A stretch of 59,264 nt of DNA, filler included, from Squatina squatina (lineage: Eukaryota): the NCBI GenBank assembly GCA_031763465.1. It is 3 parts of 3 records of this genome, joined end to end, with 100 filler letters (N's around TTAATTAATTAA, not from the genome) between each part and the next. Parts side by side here need not be neighbours in the genome. Positions count along the whole stretch, not along the records: positions 1 to 29,105 come from JARFOE010000194.1; 2 more parts are not named here. One strand, 5' to 3'. Positions within the stretch are counted from its first letter, which is position 1; each line of letters starts with the position of its first letter. The translations under genes were made by a program, and so were the position numbers. Of this stretch, positions 12,004 through 23,222 are shown piece by piece. The notes under the pieces were generated by a model. It did no database searches. It was not told the origin of the DNA and saw nothing but the letters and a program-made list of their open reading frames with translations.

Positions 12004-12573
12004 NNNNNNNNNNNNNNNNNNNNNNNNNNNNNNNNNNNNNNNNNNNNNNNNNNNNNNNNNNNNNNNNNNNNNNNNNNNNNNNNNNNNNNNNNNNNNNNNN
12101 NNNCCTCCCGATGTAACAAATCGTGCTGCTTTGTCCTCTGTCCTGCAACTGGGGAATGCCGATTTGCGGGGCTGAGTAAAATATACGCTCCTCTGTTAGT
12201 TTTACAGGCTTGAAGCTGCCATAAAAGATCTACAGGGTGGGCAGCAGATTTATAGGTGTGAGCAGAGCAGTCTTTTTAAAGGGACACAAACAATAAACTC
12301 TAAATTATAAATAAAACAACAGGAAACTTAACAAATCAAATCAAAAATATTGTTGCCTGTGACGACAATGCACTCCAGTCCCTTCAGTGCCCACCAGTCG
12401 TGCAAGGTCTCAAGCATACCAGCAGAAACCACATGCTCCTTCTCCAGTGCCAACAGGTAAGGCCGTGGAAAGAGGCAGGCTGCCAGTGCGACCACCCCCA
12501 TGGATCGCGTGGGATCATGGATGCTAGCAACAGCTCAAGTCATTGTTTTTTCCTTTGCCTTTCATCCCCACAG

Positions 12574-12945
12574 AGATTCCAGTAAAACAATATCCTTCAT
12601 ATCTAAGTGTTGAACCTGGGCATTCAGCCACCATCATTTGTGCTTTTGAACTTGATGTCAGGATTGGAAACGAGATTGACGTTTACTGGGTTAAACAAGT
12701 AAATCAAAGTGAAACTCATGATGTACTCCACATTTCTTCAAAGAGATTTCCCACACTGGATACAAATACAATTTGCAATGACTCTGAAGGGTCCTTCAGT
12801 TTCTCTGGGAATCTAAGACGAGGTCTAATTGTTCTAGAATTTAAAAACATTCAAAAAACAGACTTTGGCTTGTACATCTGCAAAGTAACAAGAACTATAC
12901 CCCCTCTACCGATGGAAGGAAGAGGGAGTGGTACTAACATCGTTG
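12574..12945 (+). CDS. Ig V-set domain exon, germline-joined VJ type (CD28/CTLA4/TMIGD2/NKp30-like)
   Basis: 372-nt phase 1-1 exon with canonical V landmarks: VKQYP, SATIIC, VYW, DFGLYIC, FG loop KVTRTIPPLP and a J-like G strand GRGSGTNIV; cag acceptor, gtaag donor. Confidence 0.88.
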
Positions 12946-13477
12946 GTAAGGTTCATTTTTTTCCTTTGTCATTATTAGCATTTGTATTCATTAAAATGAA
13001 TGATGACTAGGTTAGGTAATGGCATCCTTTTGTCACTAGTGGAGAATAATATTGTTATGAGAAGCCTGTAACAGCAGTTGGAATTCCCATGTTAATGTGA
13101 AAATGTTTAGATGTAATGTGCCCCAAACATTTTGCCTCATTCTTAATCATAGAAAATCAGAGTTAATGTATTGCTACTTGTTATACAATACTACCGGAAA
13201 GCTAATGGTGGCATGGAGCAACTCAGACAGTAACTTTTGGATTTCTGCATTTAACCACACATCTGCCCTCACCTGAATTTGCTGTACCATTTGTGCACAA
13301 ATAAAGGTGAGCATTATTAGCCTCACCATTATTTTGACAGCAAATTATGGGCCAATGTATCAACCCACTGGAAAAACTCATATCTCACTTATTTGGCAGT
13401 GTGTTGATTCCTTATGATTTTCATATTGTAACATCCCTAGTCAACCTGCCAATAATATTAGGAAACTATAGGTAGGA

Positions 13478-14300
13478 TTATAGAATAGTACAGCACAGAA
13501 GGAGGCCATTCAGCCCATTGAGTCTTCACTGGCTCTTTCGAAGATCAATCCAGTTAATCTCACTCCTCCGCTCTTTCCCCATGTCCCTACAGTTTTTTTT
13601 CCTTCAAGTATTTATCCAATTCCCTTTTGAAGGCCATTATTGACTTTGTATCCACCACCCTATGAAGCAGTGCATTTCAATTCTAACCACTCATTGTAAA
13701 GAAGTTTTTCCTCATGTCGCCTCTGGTTCTTTTGTGAATCACGTTAAATCTGTACCCTCTTGTTATCAACCCTTCAGCCATTGGAAACAGTTTCTCTTTA
13801 TTTACTTTAGCTAAACCCTTCATGATGTTAAACACCTCTATCAAATCTCCTCTTAGCCTTCATTGCTCCAAGGTGACAACCCCAGCTTCTCCAGTCTATC
13901 CACACAACTATATTCCCTCATCCCTGGAACCATTCGAGTAAATCTCTTCTGTACCCTCTCCAAAACTTTCACATCCTTCCGAAAGTGTGGTGCCTAGAAT
14001 TGGACACAACACTCCAGCTGGGGCCAAACTAGCATCTTATATAGGTTTAGCATAACTTCCTGCCTTTTGNNNNNNNNNNNNNNNNNNNNNNNNNNNNNNN
14101 NNNNNNNNNNNNNNNNNNNNNNNNNNNNNNNNNNNNNNNNNNNNNNNNNNNNNNNNNNNNNNNNNNNNNCCAGTGCCTTGTATAGTTGCAGCAAGACTTC
14201 CTTACCTCTATACTCCAACCCCCTTGAAATAAAGGCCAACATTCCACTAGCCTTCCCTATTACCTGCTGCACTTGTGTGTTAGCTTTCTGTGTTTCATGC
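13478..14300 (-). mobile_element. CR1-clade LINE (HER1-like), RT C terminus and 3' tail
   Basis: Minus-strand text QVIGKASGMLAFISRGLEYRGKEVLLQLYKAL and LNLYKMLVWPQLECCVQF; 3' tail GGGCTGAATGGCCTCCTTCTGTGCTGTA; two pieces separated by a gap. Confidence 0.88.
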
Positions 14301-15074
14301 ACTGATCAACTCACTGTTATTTTTCCAAAGAGACCCCATATCTGCCTGGGGATAATACTGTGAAATATACTCCGCAAGTCATTTAGCCCGACTGTTTTGC
14401 ATCACATTTACGGATTGCTTTATCTTCATAAGAAACAAAGTAGGTCAGTCTCTGCGTAAATTCAGTTCTTCAAAAGAAAAATGCGTCATATACTCTATCA
14501 CAGCACACATAGTTCACCTCTTCAATGTTTACTTCTGCTAGATGGTGGGCTAAGAATTCTAAATGATGTTATGGCTAACATATAAATTCTCACAAAGCAA
14601 TCAAGACCAAAACCTTCCCAATTTATGAAGTTCAGCACAGTAGTGTTGTCAACATCTCAAAGACATTGTGGTTGTGAACTATGAATTGTAAGGTTAGTAT
14701 AATTTCAATATGTTTATGATATTTGGACTCCCTAGGCTCTTAATCCATTTGTCCTTTAAATATCTTATCACCTGTCACCAAAACTAAGAGATGGAGTTGC
14801 AGTATGTAAGATCCAAAATACGTGCCTTGCTTGGGATCACCAGCTTAATTCTACTGAAAATGATTAGTTAATCTTTCACCAGTGGCAGAGTACTCAGGGT
14901 AGTCAGTAGAGACAGAATGATGTCTCTTTGGGCTGTAGTTTTCTACCTTGCGTGAGGATAAGCGTGACTCATTCGTCCACTGGAGGATACATACAAGTTA
15001 TTGAAATACTTCCCCAGCTGAAGTTCATTATTATTTCTATAATTATTGCCTCCACAGCTTGAGGCATTCACAAA

Positions 15075-15497
15075 GAGAAAGAGCTTCCAATAATAAGCAC
15101 ATCTCACGTTCTTAGAATTTCCCAAAGCAATTCACAGCCAGTGATTTGCTTTTTGAAGTGTAATCACTGTTGTAACACAGGCAAACCCAACAGTCAATTT
15201 GTGCATAGCAAAGGTCCAACGGCAATAAGATAAATGACCAAATAATCTATTTTTGATGGTGTTAGTTGTGGAACAAATGTTGGCCAGNNNNNNNNNNCAC
15301 CAGGATGACTCCCCTGCTCTTCTTTGAATTGTGCCCTGGATCTTATACGTTTAGATGTACAGGCGGAGGAGGCCTCAGTTTAATGTCTCATCTGAAATGT
15401 GGAACCTCCTACAATGCAGCAGTCTCTCAGTAGCACGCTGAAATATCAGTCTAGATTATGTGCTCAAGCCTTGAAGTAGGGCTTAAACCCACAACCT
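15075..15497 (-). mobile_element. tRNA-derived Deu-domain SINE (SacSINE1-like)
   Basis: Similar to the copies at 20165-20390 and 25856-26063; the reverse strand starts with a B-box-like GGTTTAAGCCC followed by Deu-domain-like sequence (family assignment from recall). Confidence 0.65.
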
Positions 15498-15794
15498 GTT
15501 GTGAGAAGAAATTAATGGGCATGGAGCAAAGGTAAGATTCTAAGTAGAAATTTGAATGCCTGTATAAATTAACTGATGCACACAAATTAAGTGATACACT
15601 GACTGGAATTTTTACTATCACAACAAAAGGATAAATACCTAGTTATAAACTAGGCAATATAAAATAACATGTCATACTAACTAGAGAAGCAAGAACAACT
15701 TTTATGAAATAAAACACCAGTGCAAAATCTATAAAGAACTTTTTTATCTGTCACTAAGCTACAGTCACAGAGTAGCTGAAGTTAGCAGGAAGAA

Positions 15795-15995
15795 AAAAAT
15801 TACACAGCGTGTTGTGATGATCTGGAATGCACTGCTTGAAGGGGTGGTGGAAGTAGGTTCAACAGTAAAAATCATACTTGAAAAGGAGAAATTTGCAGGG
15901 CTTTGGTGAAAGAGCAGGGGAATGGGCTTAATTGGGTAGTTCTTTCAAGGATGTGGCACAGGCATGATGGGCTGAATGGCTTCCTTCTATGATTC
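15795..15995 (+). mobile_element. CR1-like LINE 3' end
   Basis: ..acacagcgtgttgtgatgatctggaatgcactgc..atgatgggctgaatggcttccttctatg tail. Confidence 0.75.
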
Positions 15996-16059
15996 ACAAA
16001 GAAAGTAAAAAGCTTTGCAAAAAGAGAAATTACTTCCTCAGAAAGCATAGGCTACCGCC

Positions 16060-16251
16060 GATGCTCAGTTTGAGTTCTGCCAGGACCACTCAGCTCCAGA
16101 TCTCATTACAGCCTTGGTCCAAACATGGACAAAAGAGTTGGATTCCAGAGGTGAAGTGAGAGTGACTGCCCTTAACATCAAGGCAGCATTTGACCGAGTG
16201 TGGCATCAAGGAGCCCTAGTAAAATTGAAGTCAATGGGAATCAGGGGGAAA
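16060..16251 (+). mobile_element. LINE reverse transcriptase fragment (second CR1/L2-group family)
   Basis: LVQTWTKELDSRGEVRVTALNIKAAFDRVWHQGALVKL contains the RT motif (D)I.KAFD.VWH. Confidence 0.88.
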
Positions 16252-16582
16252 NNNNNNNNNNNNNNNNNNNNNNNNNNNNNNNNNNNNNNNNNNNNNNNNN
16301 NNNNNNNNNNNNNNNNNNNNNNNNNNNNNNNNNNNNNNNNNNNNNNNNNNNTAGTGTTTTTTCTGGGCAACAATGAAAGCAGCAGCTTGAAGCGAGGAAC
16401 TTCAATGGCTGTAATTAAACGTGTTTAAAATTGTCTTGGAAACAATAAACAATAACTTTTAAGTTGGAGTAGACCCTTGGGTCCACATACAAATGAATAC
16501 AGCACCACAATAACTGTCAAGTTCTTTTATATTTGTTTCCCACTTATAATTTGCAAAGTATTTGTGCCTGTATTACCAACAG

Positions 16583-16767
16583 TGAGCTGGAAAGAAGAGA
16601 TTGAACTGGAGTTCCAGAATTCAGTGGAGAAGGAAACACTGAAGGAGGTCAAGCTGTTAGGTGCCTTCCTGGTGTTCTTTCTGGGTGACACTGAGAAGGA
16701 TTGGCTTCAGACCGAAGGGAGGAACTTCAGTGTTACTGTCAGAAAAGGCAAATGGTCTAAAAACGAG
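16583..16767 (+). other. Candidate exon of unknown assignment (TRAT1 5' exon or part of the Ig gene)
   Basis: cag acceptor and strong GAG|gtaagt donor; only one frame is open, and no homologue is recognised. Confidence 0.35.
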
Positions 16768-17583
16768 GTAAGTACATGTTATTCGTATTGGTAGACTTTA
16801 GAGTTATTAGAGGAAAAATTCCTGCCTCATCTTTCCCTACATCCTCATACAGACAAGGGTGTCCAGAGGCTTTCCCAAAAGACATCAAGGACCCTAATTT
16901 CTGGGCCTCTGGCAGTTCACATCTTGCCCTGCAAGTAGAGAGGTAATCTTGAGATGTAAGCTTAACGAGCACACAGAGTGACAGACAGGTGCCTATTTTG
17001 CAGCCTATCGTGTGTGTCGGTAACTGACCATGTATCATGCAGCTAGTATATATAGGATTGAAGATTTTAACTGGATAGCAGTTTCAGATATAAATTGCAG
17101 CTTACATGTGGGTCACACTGCAGTATGACCATGCATAGTAAGCATTGCAAGAGCTGTGAGGTTGCTTGAAAGTTTTGGAAGAATGACAGGTATTATGAAG
17201 AATGTAAAACCTAATATAGATTGATTAAAATAAACACATAGTGCACTGACCACTCAGGCCAACAGATTGACAGAGAGATGGGAANNNNNNNNNNNNNNNN
17301 NNNNNNNNNNNNNNNNNNNNNNNNNNNNNNNNNNNNNNNNNNNNNNNNNNNNNNNNNNNNNNNNNNNNNNNNNNNNNNNNNNNNATGACTGGCCAGGGTT
17401 TTTTAACGCCTAACTAATGATATCACTACAATGAAATACATGGGGCCTGTGCATTGGGGCAGCTGGCACAAAGTTGACTGTGGAAGCATTTGGATGGCAA
17501 TGTATCAGAACTGGGCAGGACCCTTGTGGAGGGGGCCTTGCTGCTGGAAATATGTATTAATAATTAATCATTTCTTGTTACAG

Positions 17584-17697
17584 ATGTATTTGCCAACTGC
17601 CATATTGGAGTGTGGGGATTGTTGGGTGTTACTGTTTTAGCTCTGATGACTTCTCTTGTGATAAATTTTATCTACTGGACAGCAAACCGTCAAAAAG
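17584..17697 (+). CDS. TRAT1: TRAT1 (TRIM) transmembrane exon
   Basis: Phase 1-1 exon (D)VFANCHIGVWGLLGVTVLALMTSLVINFIYWTANRQK, versus recalled human GISGCPFFLWGLLALLGLALVISLIFNISHY; keeps the dimerising Cys, WGL and SL.xN; syntenic position between DZIP3 and MORC1. Confidence 0.82.
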
Positions 17698-19112
17698 GTG
17701 AGTGCCCTTTCCACTCTCTATGTTTCATTTTTCATTTGCAAACAAACATCTTAGTTTCCTCATATTCCTAAGAAATGGTTTTCTCTATTAAGTTTCACTA
17801 TATACTACAAGCATAATGTTGATTAATTTTTGTAAACACACTGATAGACAGCAACTAAGGACACACTAGTCCTGCTGCAGTATTCTCATTGAGTTGAGGC
17901 AATGTGAGGCCTGAACTCCTGAATACTGCTGAGCGAGGCCCAGCCCCACAGCAGTACTGTACTCTTGTATGTGCTCACTCCCCGGCTAAAAGAGGAAAAA
18001 GTGGATGGGAGTAAAGATTATGGAGGACAACAAACAGAATGAATGAGAAAGGAGAGATACAACATAAAGGAGAAAAACATGAAGGAGAAATAAGAACAGG
18101 ATGAGACAAGGAAAAGTAGAAACGGAAACAGTTCAGATTACTTTTTAAATCTTGCCAGCAATCTCTAGGGTTGGTGATTTGAATGGACATTATAGATGAT
18201 GAAAATCAAACATTTCCCTTTTATAAATAGTATTAGAAACTTGTCACATTTCTTGAGATGTCCATTTTTAAAATTTGGATATCATTTCATCCTTTGTCCA
18301 GAGTATTAACCTTTTTTTTTTAGCAACTTTGACATGGGTTTAAGATTTGACTATATTGCAGTTCAAAAACTGAAAGTTAGTTTTTATGTTCTGATTATAA
18401 ATGTGCATTTGATTCGGAATCCGTTATTTAAAATGTAATTTAAAGCAGATAATAGAGATTAGAGAAACTATGGTTACCAACTTGAAGTATTAAGTGAATG
18501 GCAGATAATGCAGTAGCGACCCTGCCTCTCATTAGTCACCTCAGAACCCACAACTCTGGAGTGGAAGCAAGTCATCCTCGACCCCGAGGAACTGCCTATG
18601 AAGGAGAACGCCCTGCCTCTCTCTAACACATCCTTTTAAACCGCCATTGTAACTTTCCTTTTGTTTTGTTTCTAACACGTTACAAAATCAAAGCTATATT
18701 GATTTCCCACGTGTAGGGACTGCAGCAAATGTAGGTAGAACTGTAAACGTCCTGGACTGTTGTAACATGGAGACTGAACTGTCTAAATGTGTGGGCATGG
18801 AACGTGCAAAACTTAACTTTGACCTTGATGCTTTGAGTTACAATCTCTGGAGGAAGGAAACAATATTGTCTCTTGCTGGTAGCTTCTTCATAATCTAAAA
18901 TGATAAGAGTGTGAGTTCCAAAAGGGCAACTAGAAGACAACAGTTAATATAAGGATCGTGTTTGCTAAATAACTGATACTATGCGGATCAGCATGTCCAC
19001 TCCCAACTACCCTAGTGCCACATTCTTTCAAAAATCATTCGGTTTGTATATATTGTAAGAGAAATAATTTTAAACTCTGAAAATATGCCCATCCTTTTTT
19101 TCCTGTCAATAG

Positions 19113-19194
19113 GTTTACATCAAAAAGATGAACAATTTCTTTATAATCAAGTTAAAAATCAGTGCACCCCAGCCTCAATTAACAGTAACACATG
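19113..19194 (+). CDS. TRAT1: Candidate TRAT1 cytoplasmic exon with a tyrosine motif
   Basis: Good acceptor (tttttttcctgtcaatag); encodes GLHQKDEQFLYNQVKNQ.., resembling recalled human EPMDENCYEQMK; donor uncertain. Confidence 0.45.
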
Positions 19195-20164
19195 GTTTGT
19201 GAAGCTCTGAATAGATTAATCTATGTCATAGGGAAAAAGACATTTTTTTTCTCCCATAGCGCTTAACCATATCTCCCAAAGCATTTCACAAATAAACACT
19301 GGGACAATTACTCTTTTTCAAATAGTGCCATGGGATCCTCAACATCCACCTGAAACACTGGACAAGAAGATGTGACCTCAGGTTAATGGGTAAGAATTTG
19401 CCGTCCATCCGGGTGCATACGATGTTCACGTGCATCCATAGGGAACCCGCAAGTTCCGGGTCTAGGGCTGTACTGTGCATGCCCCTAAATCCGAAACTTG
19501 CGATCTGTCAAAATTTGTCTTGAAATTTCATACGCTTGGACAGGAAAAGAGCTTTCCTGGGCAGAGATTTAGGCTATTTAATTTAACTTCTTATGCAGGG
19601 TAAAAGCAAGTGTATAGGCTTGCTTTTATCAGTGGAAGAGATTTTAAAATATAAAAATAAATTAAGTTACTGGAACATTGGTTAAAAACCATGTCATTAA
19701 GGTAAGTATATTTTTATACATTTTAAAAGATTTTTTTTTAATTTCAAAATTTTTTCTGTATTATTTATCTAATTATATATAATAATATTAGTTGTTAATG
19801 TTTGAGTCATTTTTAAAAATGTGTTCTTAAGTGATTGTGCAGTTTTATTAACTCCCATTCATACTTCTACAAATCTCCGTATATGACAGAGATCTACAGA
19901 AGGATGAATGGGAGATACTCCTACCTGATTGGTTGGGGCCTTCCACATGGTCCCACCAGTGTATGAACCGCTTACGGTGGAGAGATCCCTGGGCCGCTCC
20001 ACCTACGCACCTGTGGAGGCCCAGGAACGCAAGGCTGTGAAACTCCCGGGCAATCAGGATCTTTCCCATCAGAATTTCTGCCGCAATATTTTGTCAATAT
20101 CAGATTAACTCATCGTACACGTTTCGGGTTATGTGAGCCATCTGAAAACATTTACCTATGTAAG

Positions 20165-20390
20165 GAAGAACTTGCATTTATATAGCGCCTTTCACAACCT
20201 TTCAGGATGTCCCAGAGCACTTTACAGCCAATGAAGTGCGTTTGAAGTGTCGTCACTGGTGTAATGTGGGAAAGGCAGCCAATTTGTGCACAGCAAGCTC
20301 CCACAAACAGCAATGTGACAATGAGCAGATGGCCTATTTTTAAGTGACATTGATTGAGGGATAAATATTGGTCAGGACACTTGGGGAGAA
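20165..20390 (-). mobile_element. Deu-domain SINE 3' part (SacSINE1-like)
   Basis: aacttgcatttatatagcgcc..cagccaatgaag..cagcaagctcccacaaacagcaatgtg, nearly identical to 25856-26063. Confidence 0.75.
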
Positions 20391-20557
20391 GGCAACATAC
20401 TCCAAATTGATGGAANNNNNNNNNNNNNNNNNNNNNNNNNNNNNNNNNNNNNNNNNNNNNNNNNNNNNNNNNNNNNNNNNNNNNNNNNNNNNNNNNNNNN
20501 NNNNNNNNNNNNNNNAACTAGACATGCACATTTAAAATAATTCAGTTAAATCCTCAC

Positions 20558-21819
20558 CTCGCCATCTTGTTGGCTTCTCGGAGAATAAGATCCACCCATT
20601 CGTATGCGGTAATTGTGTCCTTGCAATTCAGTATTCAGAAGCCACATTTCTTGACTACTTTGCCCGGAACTAGAAGACTCCGGGAAGGTGCGGAACCTCT
20701 TTAATGGTAATCGAGACGTTTCCCTCGACTGGTCAATACAGGCAGCTCGTTTTCTTGATAGCTGGGATGGGGAGTTTGTATCAGATGTCACTGATGTTAT
20801 AGTTCTACCAGGGACAGAACAGACATTCAATATATTGGGAAGCTTCATAATCGGTGAAATGGGGAATGAACTACGAACTAAGTTTTGATACACCAATTCA
20901 AATGCATCTGTTTCTTTTACTTGAGTTTTAAATGGGCTCTGTGTAGAACGGAACACGGTTGGAACAGAACTCACAACAGACGAAATTGAATGTCTCCGAT
21001 TATTTCTTTGGCCAGTACAGGAAATGTTACTTGAGTACAAAAGCATTTGACATGGTGACCTGTTGAAATTTGCTACTACAGAATCCGGTTTTGTCACTGT
21101 ACTATTGTTCAATGGATATCGTTCTGTATTCGNNNNNNNNNNNNNNNNNNNNNNNNNNNNNNNNNNNNNNNNNNNNNNNNNNNNNNNNNNNNNNNNNNNN
21201 NNNNNNNNNNAGGAGTTAGTTGAGGTATTCAGCTGGGGCAAAGGTGATCCATTCAAAGAGGTTACATTCCAAGCTGAAGCTTTCCTTATGGTGCAGCAAT
21301 TTGTAACTGGTACTGGACTTTTTGGGTTACAAGGGCTTAGCAGTAGTGGCTGGGAGTAACTTGCATCATTGTATGAATTTCTAAACTTCAAAGTTTCGAT
21401 TTCAGATGATTTTGAATTTGTTTGCAGCACAGACTTGGAATCGTCAGCAGCAGGCATGGAACAAGTTGTCTCTGGGTTATCTTGTGTAGTTTGGTATCTT
21501 TTCAGAGAACAAACTTTTCTATTCAGATGTTTGGTTCCAGCCTTTAGTTCAATANNNNNNNNNNGCCGTCGATAGTGTTTTATTAACCTTGAGGCAGCCT
21601 GTGCCTTATAGCTATGGCCAAGCAAGTTACTCATCGAAGCTAGCATACTTGGATAGATATCAATAAGTGTAGTATCACTTAAACCAGATGAAGTATCAGA
21701 ATGGCTTTCCATGGGAGCTTCGTCGACATAAGTTTCTCCCAAATCCAATACAGCACTTCTGCTTTTCTCAAACTTGAGCAAAGAAGAAAGTTCTTTGCTA
21801 CCAGGTACACAAAGTGGCC
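20558..21819 (-). CDS. HJURP: HJURP-like CENP-A chaperone, large central exon
   Basis: About 1.26-kb open frame through two small gaps, Ser/Pro-rich; contains SDTTLIDIYPSMLASMSNLL, versus recalled human HJURP mid-domain NVTISDLYAGMLHSMSRLL, and ETDAFELVYQNL, resembling the HJURP C-terminal repeat; GAG|gtgagg donor. Confidence 0.7.
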
Positions 21820-21919
21820 NNNNNNNNNNNNNNNNNNNNNNNNNNNNNNNNNNNNNNNNNNNNNNNNNNNNNNNNNNNNNNNNNNNNNNNNNNNNNNNNN
21901 NNNNNNNNNNNNNNNNNNN

Positions 21920-22009
21920 TGAACCTTCTCTCCCTGGATAAAGATCTTCATGCGAGGGTCAATGTATAATATTGCAGCATAGGCCCGAAAGGAATAGCGT
22001 TCTGGTTGG
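21920..22009 (-). CDS. MORC1: MORC1 exon, GHKL/S5 region (runs into a gap)
   Basis: [29 protein letters not shown] carries the MORC1/2 SFRAY..LY..P.M.IFI motif. Confidence 0.85.
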
Positions 22010-23222
22010 CTGAAACATAACATTGTTGATATAAGTTTTGATCTTTATAATCACAATATTGCAGAACACCAGTAGTAGAAATTCAGATTTAAAATATTGT
22101 GCATTTAAGTAGGTTACTTACAAAGAAACCACTAAAAAGGGTATTGATATAAATATATACAAATACGCAGCACCTTAAATCGCCTGCCCTTGCATTTTTG
22201 GAGGAAAGAAACATGACTTGTATATCAGAATTGAGATGTTTATGTATTTTGCAACTTCAGCATTATTCTCATTATAATTTTGCAACCACTATTCTCCATC
22301 ATTAGCTGTTTGTTCACCAATACTGCCAAATCGCCAAGACCTTATAGCAGTGATATATTAAGAAGGCAAGTCAAATAAGACCTTGTACAGATTATTTCAA
22401 ACAGTAACTTATATTCAGTGGCTAGAATCATAAGGGGTACAAGCTAAACCACAAATATCTGCCATAAAAGGAGAGTGTGCCCTCATCACATAATGGATAT
22501 TTGGGGACTCCAAATTAGNNNNNNNNNNNNNNNNNNNNNNNNNNNNNNNNNNNNNNNNNNNNNNNNNNNNNNNNNNNNNNNNNNNNNNNNNNNNNNNNNN
22601 NNNNNNNNNNNNNNNNNNATCACAAACTCCAGTGGATCCAGGACCCTTAGGTAAGTACGTAAACAAAATTGCAATCGGAGGCAGCCGCACGCAGGAAGCC
22701 TCTGATCGCAATTTCAGGCCCATTATTACCACCTACTTTGAATATACCCACCCATTTTGGGGCAGGCTTATCCACTATCTACTGTCACTTCCAGTGGAAA
22801 ATCTTGGCAGTGGTAAAAAAGCTCCACAACTGATTCCACCCCCACCAACCCCACCAGTAATGCCTAGTGCCTAAAATCGGTAGCAACAATAAGGAAAATC
22901 CGGGCTCATATCTCACTCGATAACAAAAAAAAATCTATATGATGCAAGGAATAGTAAATATTTACTGTAACATTCAATTGATTTTCATGCTTCAGCTGAC
23001 AGACAAACCCAGCAACCTTCACTCTTTTGGTTGAAAACAATGAAGATCTCAACTAAACTACCTTATTGTTTACTACCAGCCATCCTGGGTCCTCTGTAGC
23101 AGAATCACAGGTAGCCATTATTCAGCATTTATGAACTGGCTGTTGGTCTCAAACTATCCAAGTACAACACTTCAATGTTGACAAACTAGTTAAGTGTTTA
23201 TATTTTCCATTTTATAACTTAC

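Noticed and set aside
12946-13010. Hydrophobic read-through after the V exon (FFPLSLLAFVFI) as a possible TM segment
   Set aside because: It follows a consensus gtaag donor, is T-rich intron-like sequence and is too short for a TM helix.
15455-15497. tRNA-like B box
   Set aside because: It is the head of a SINE; no full cloverleaf is present.
18196-18229. 34-nt candidate TRAT1 micro-exon (DDENQTFPFYK)
   Set aside because: Weak splice sites and no convincing similarity.
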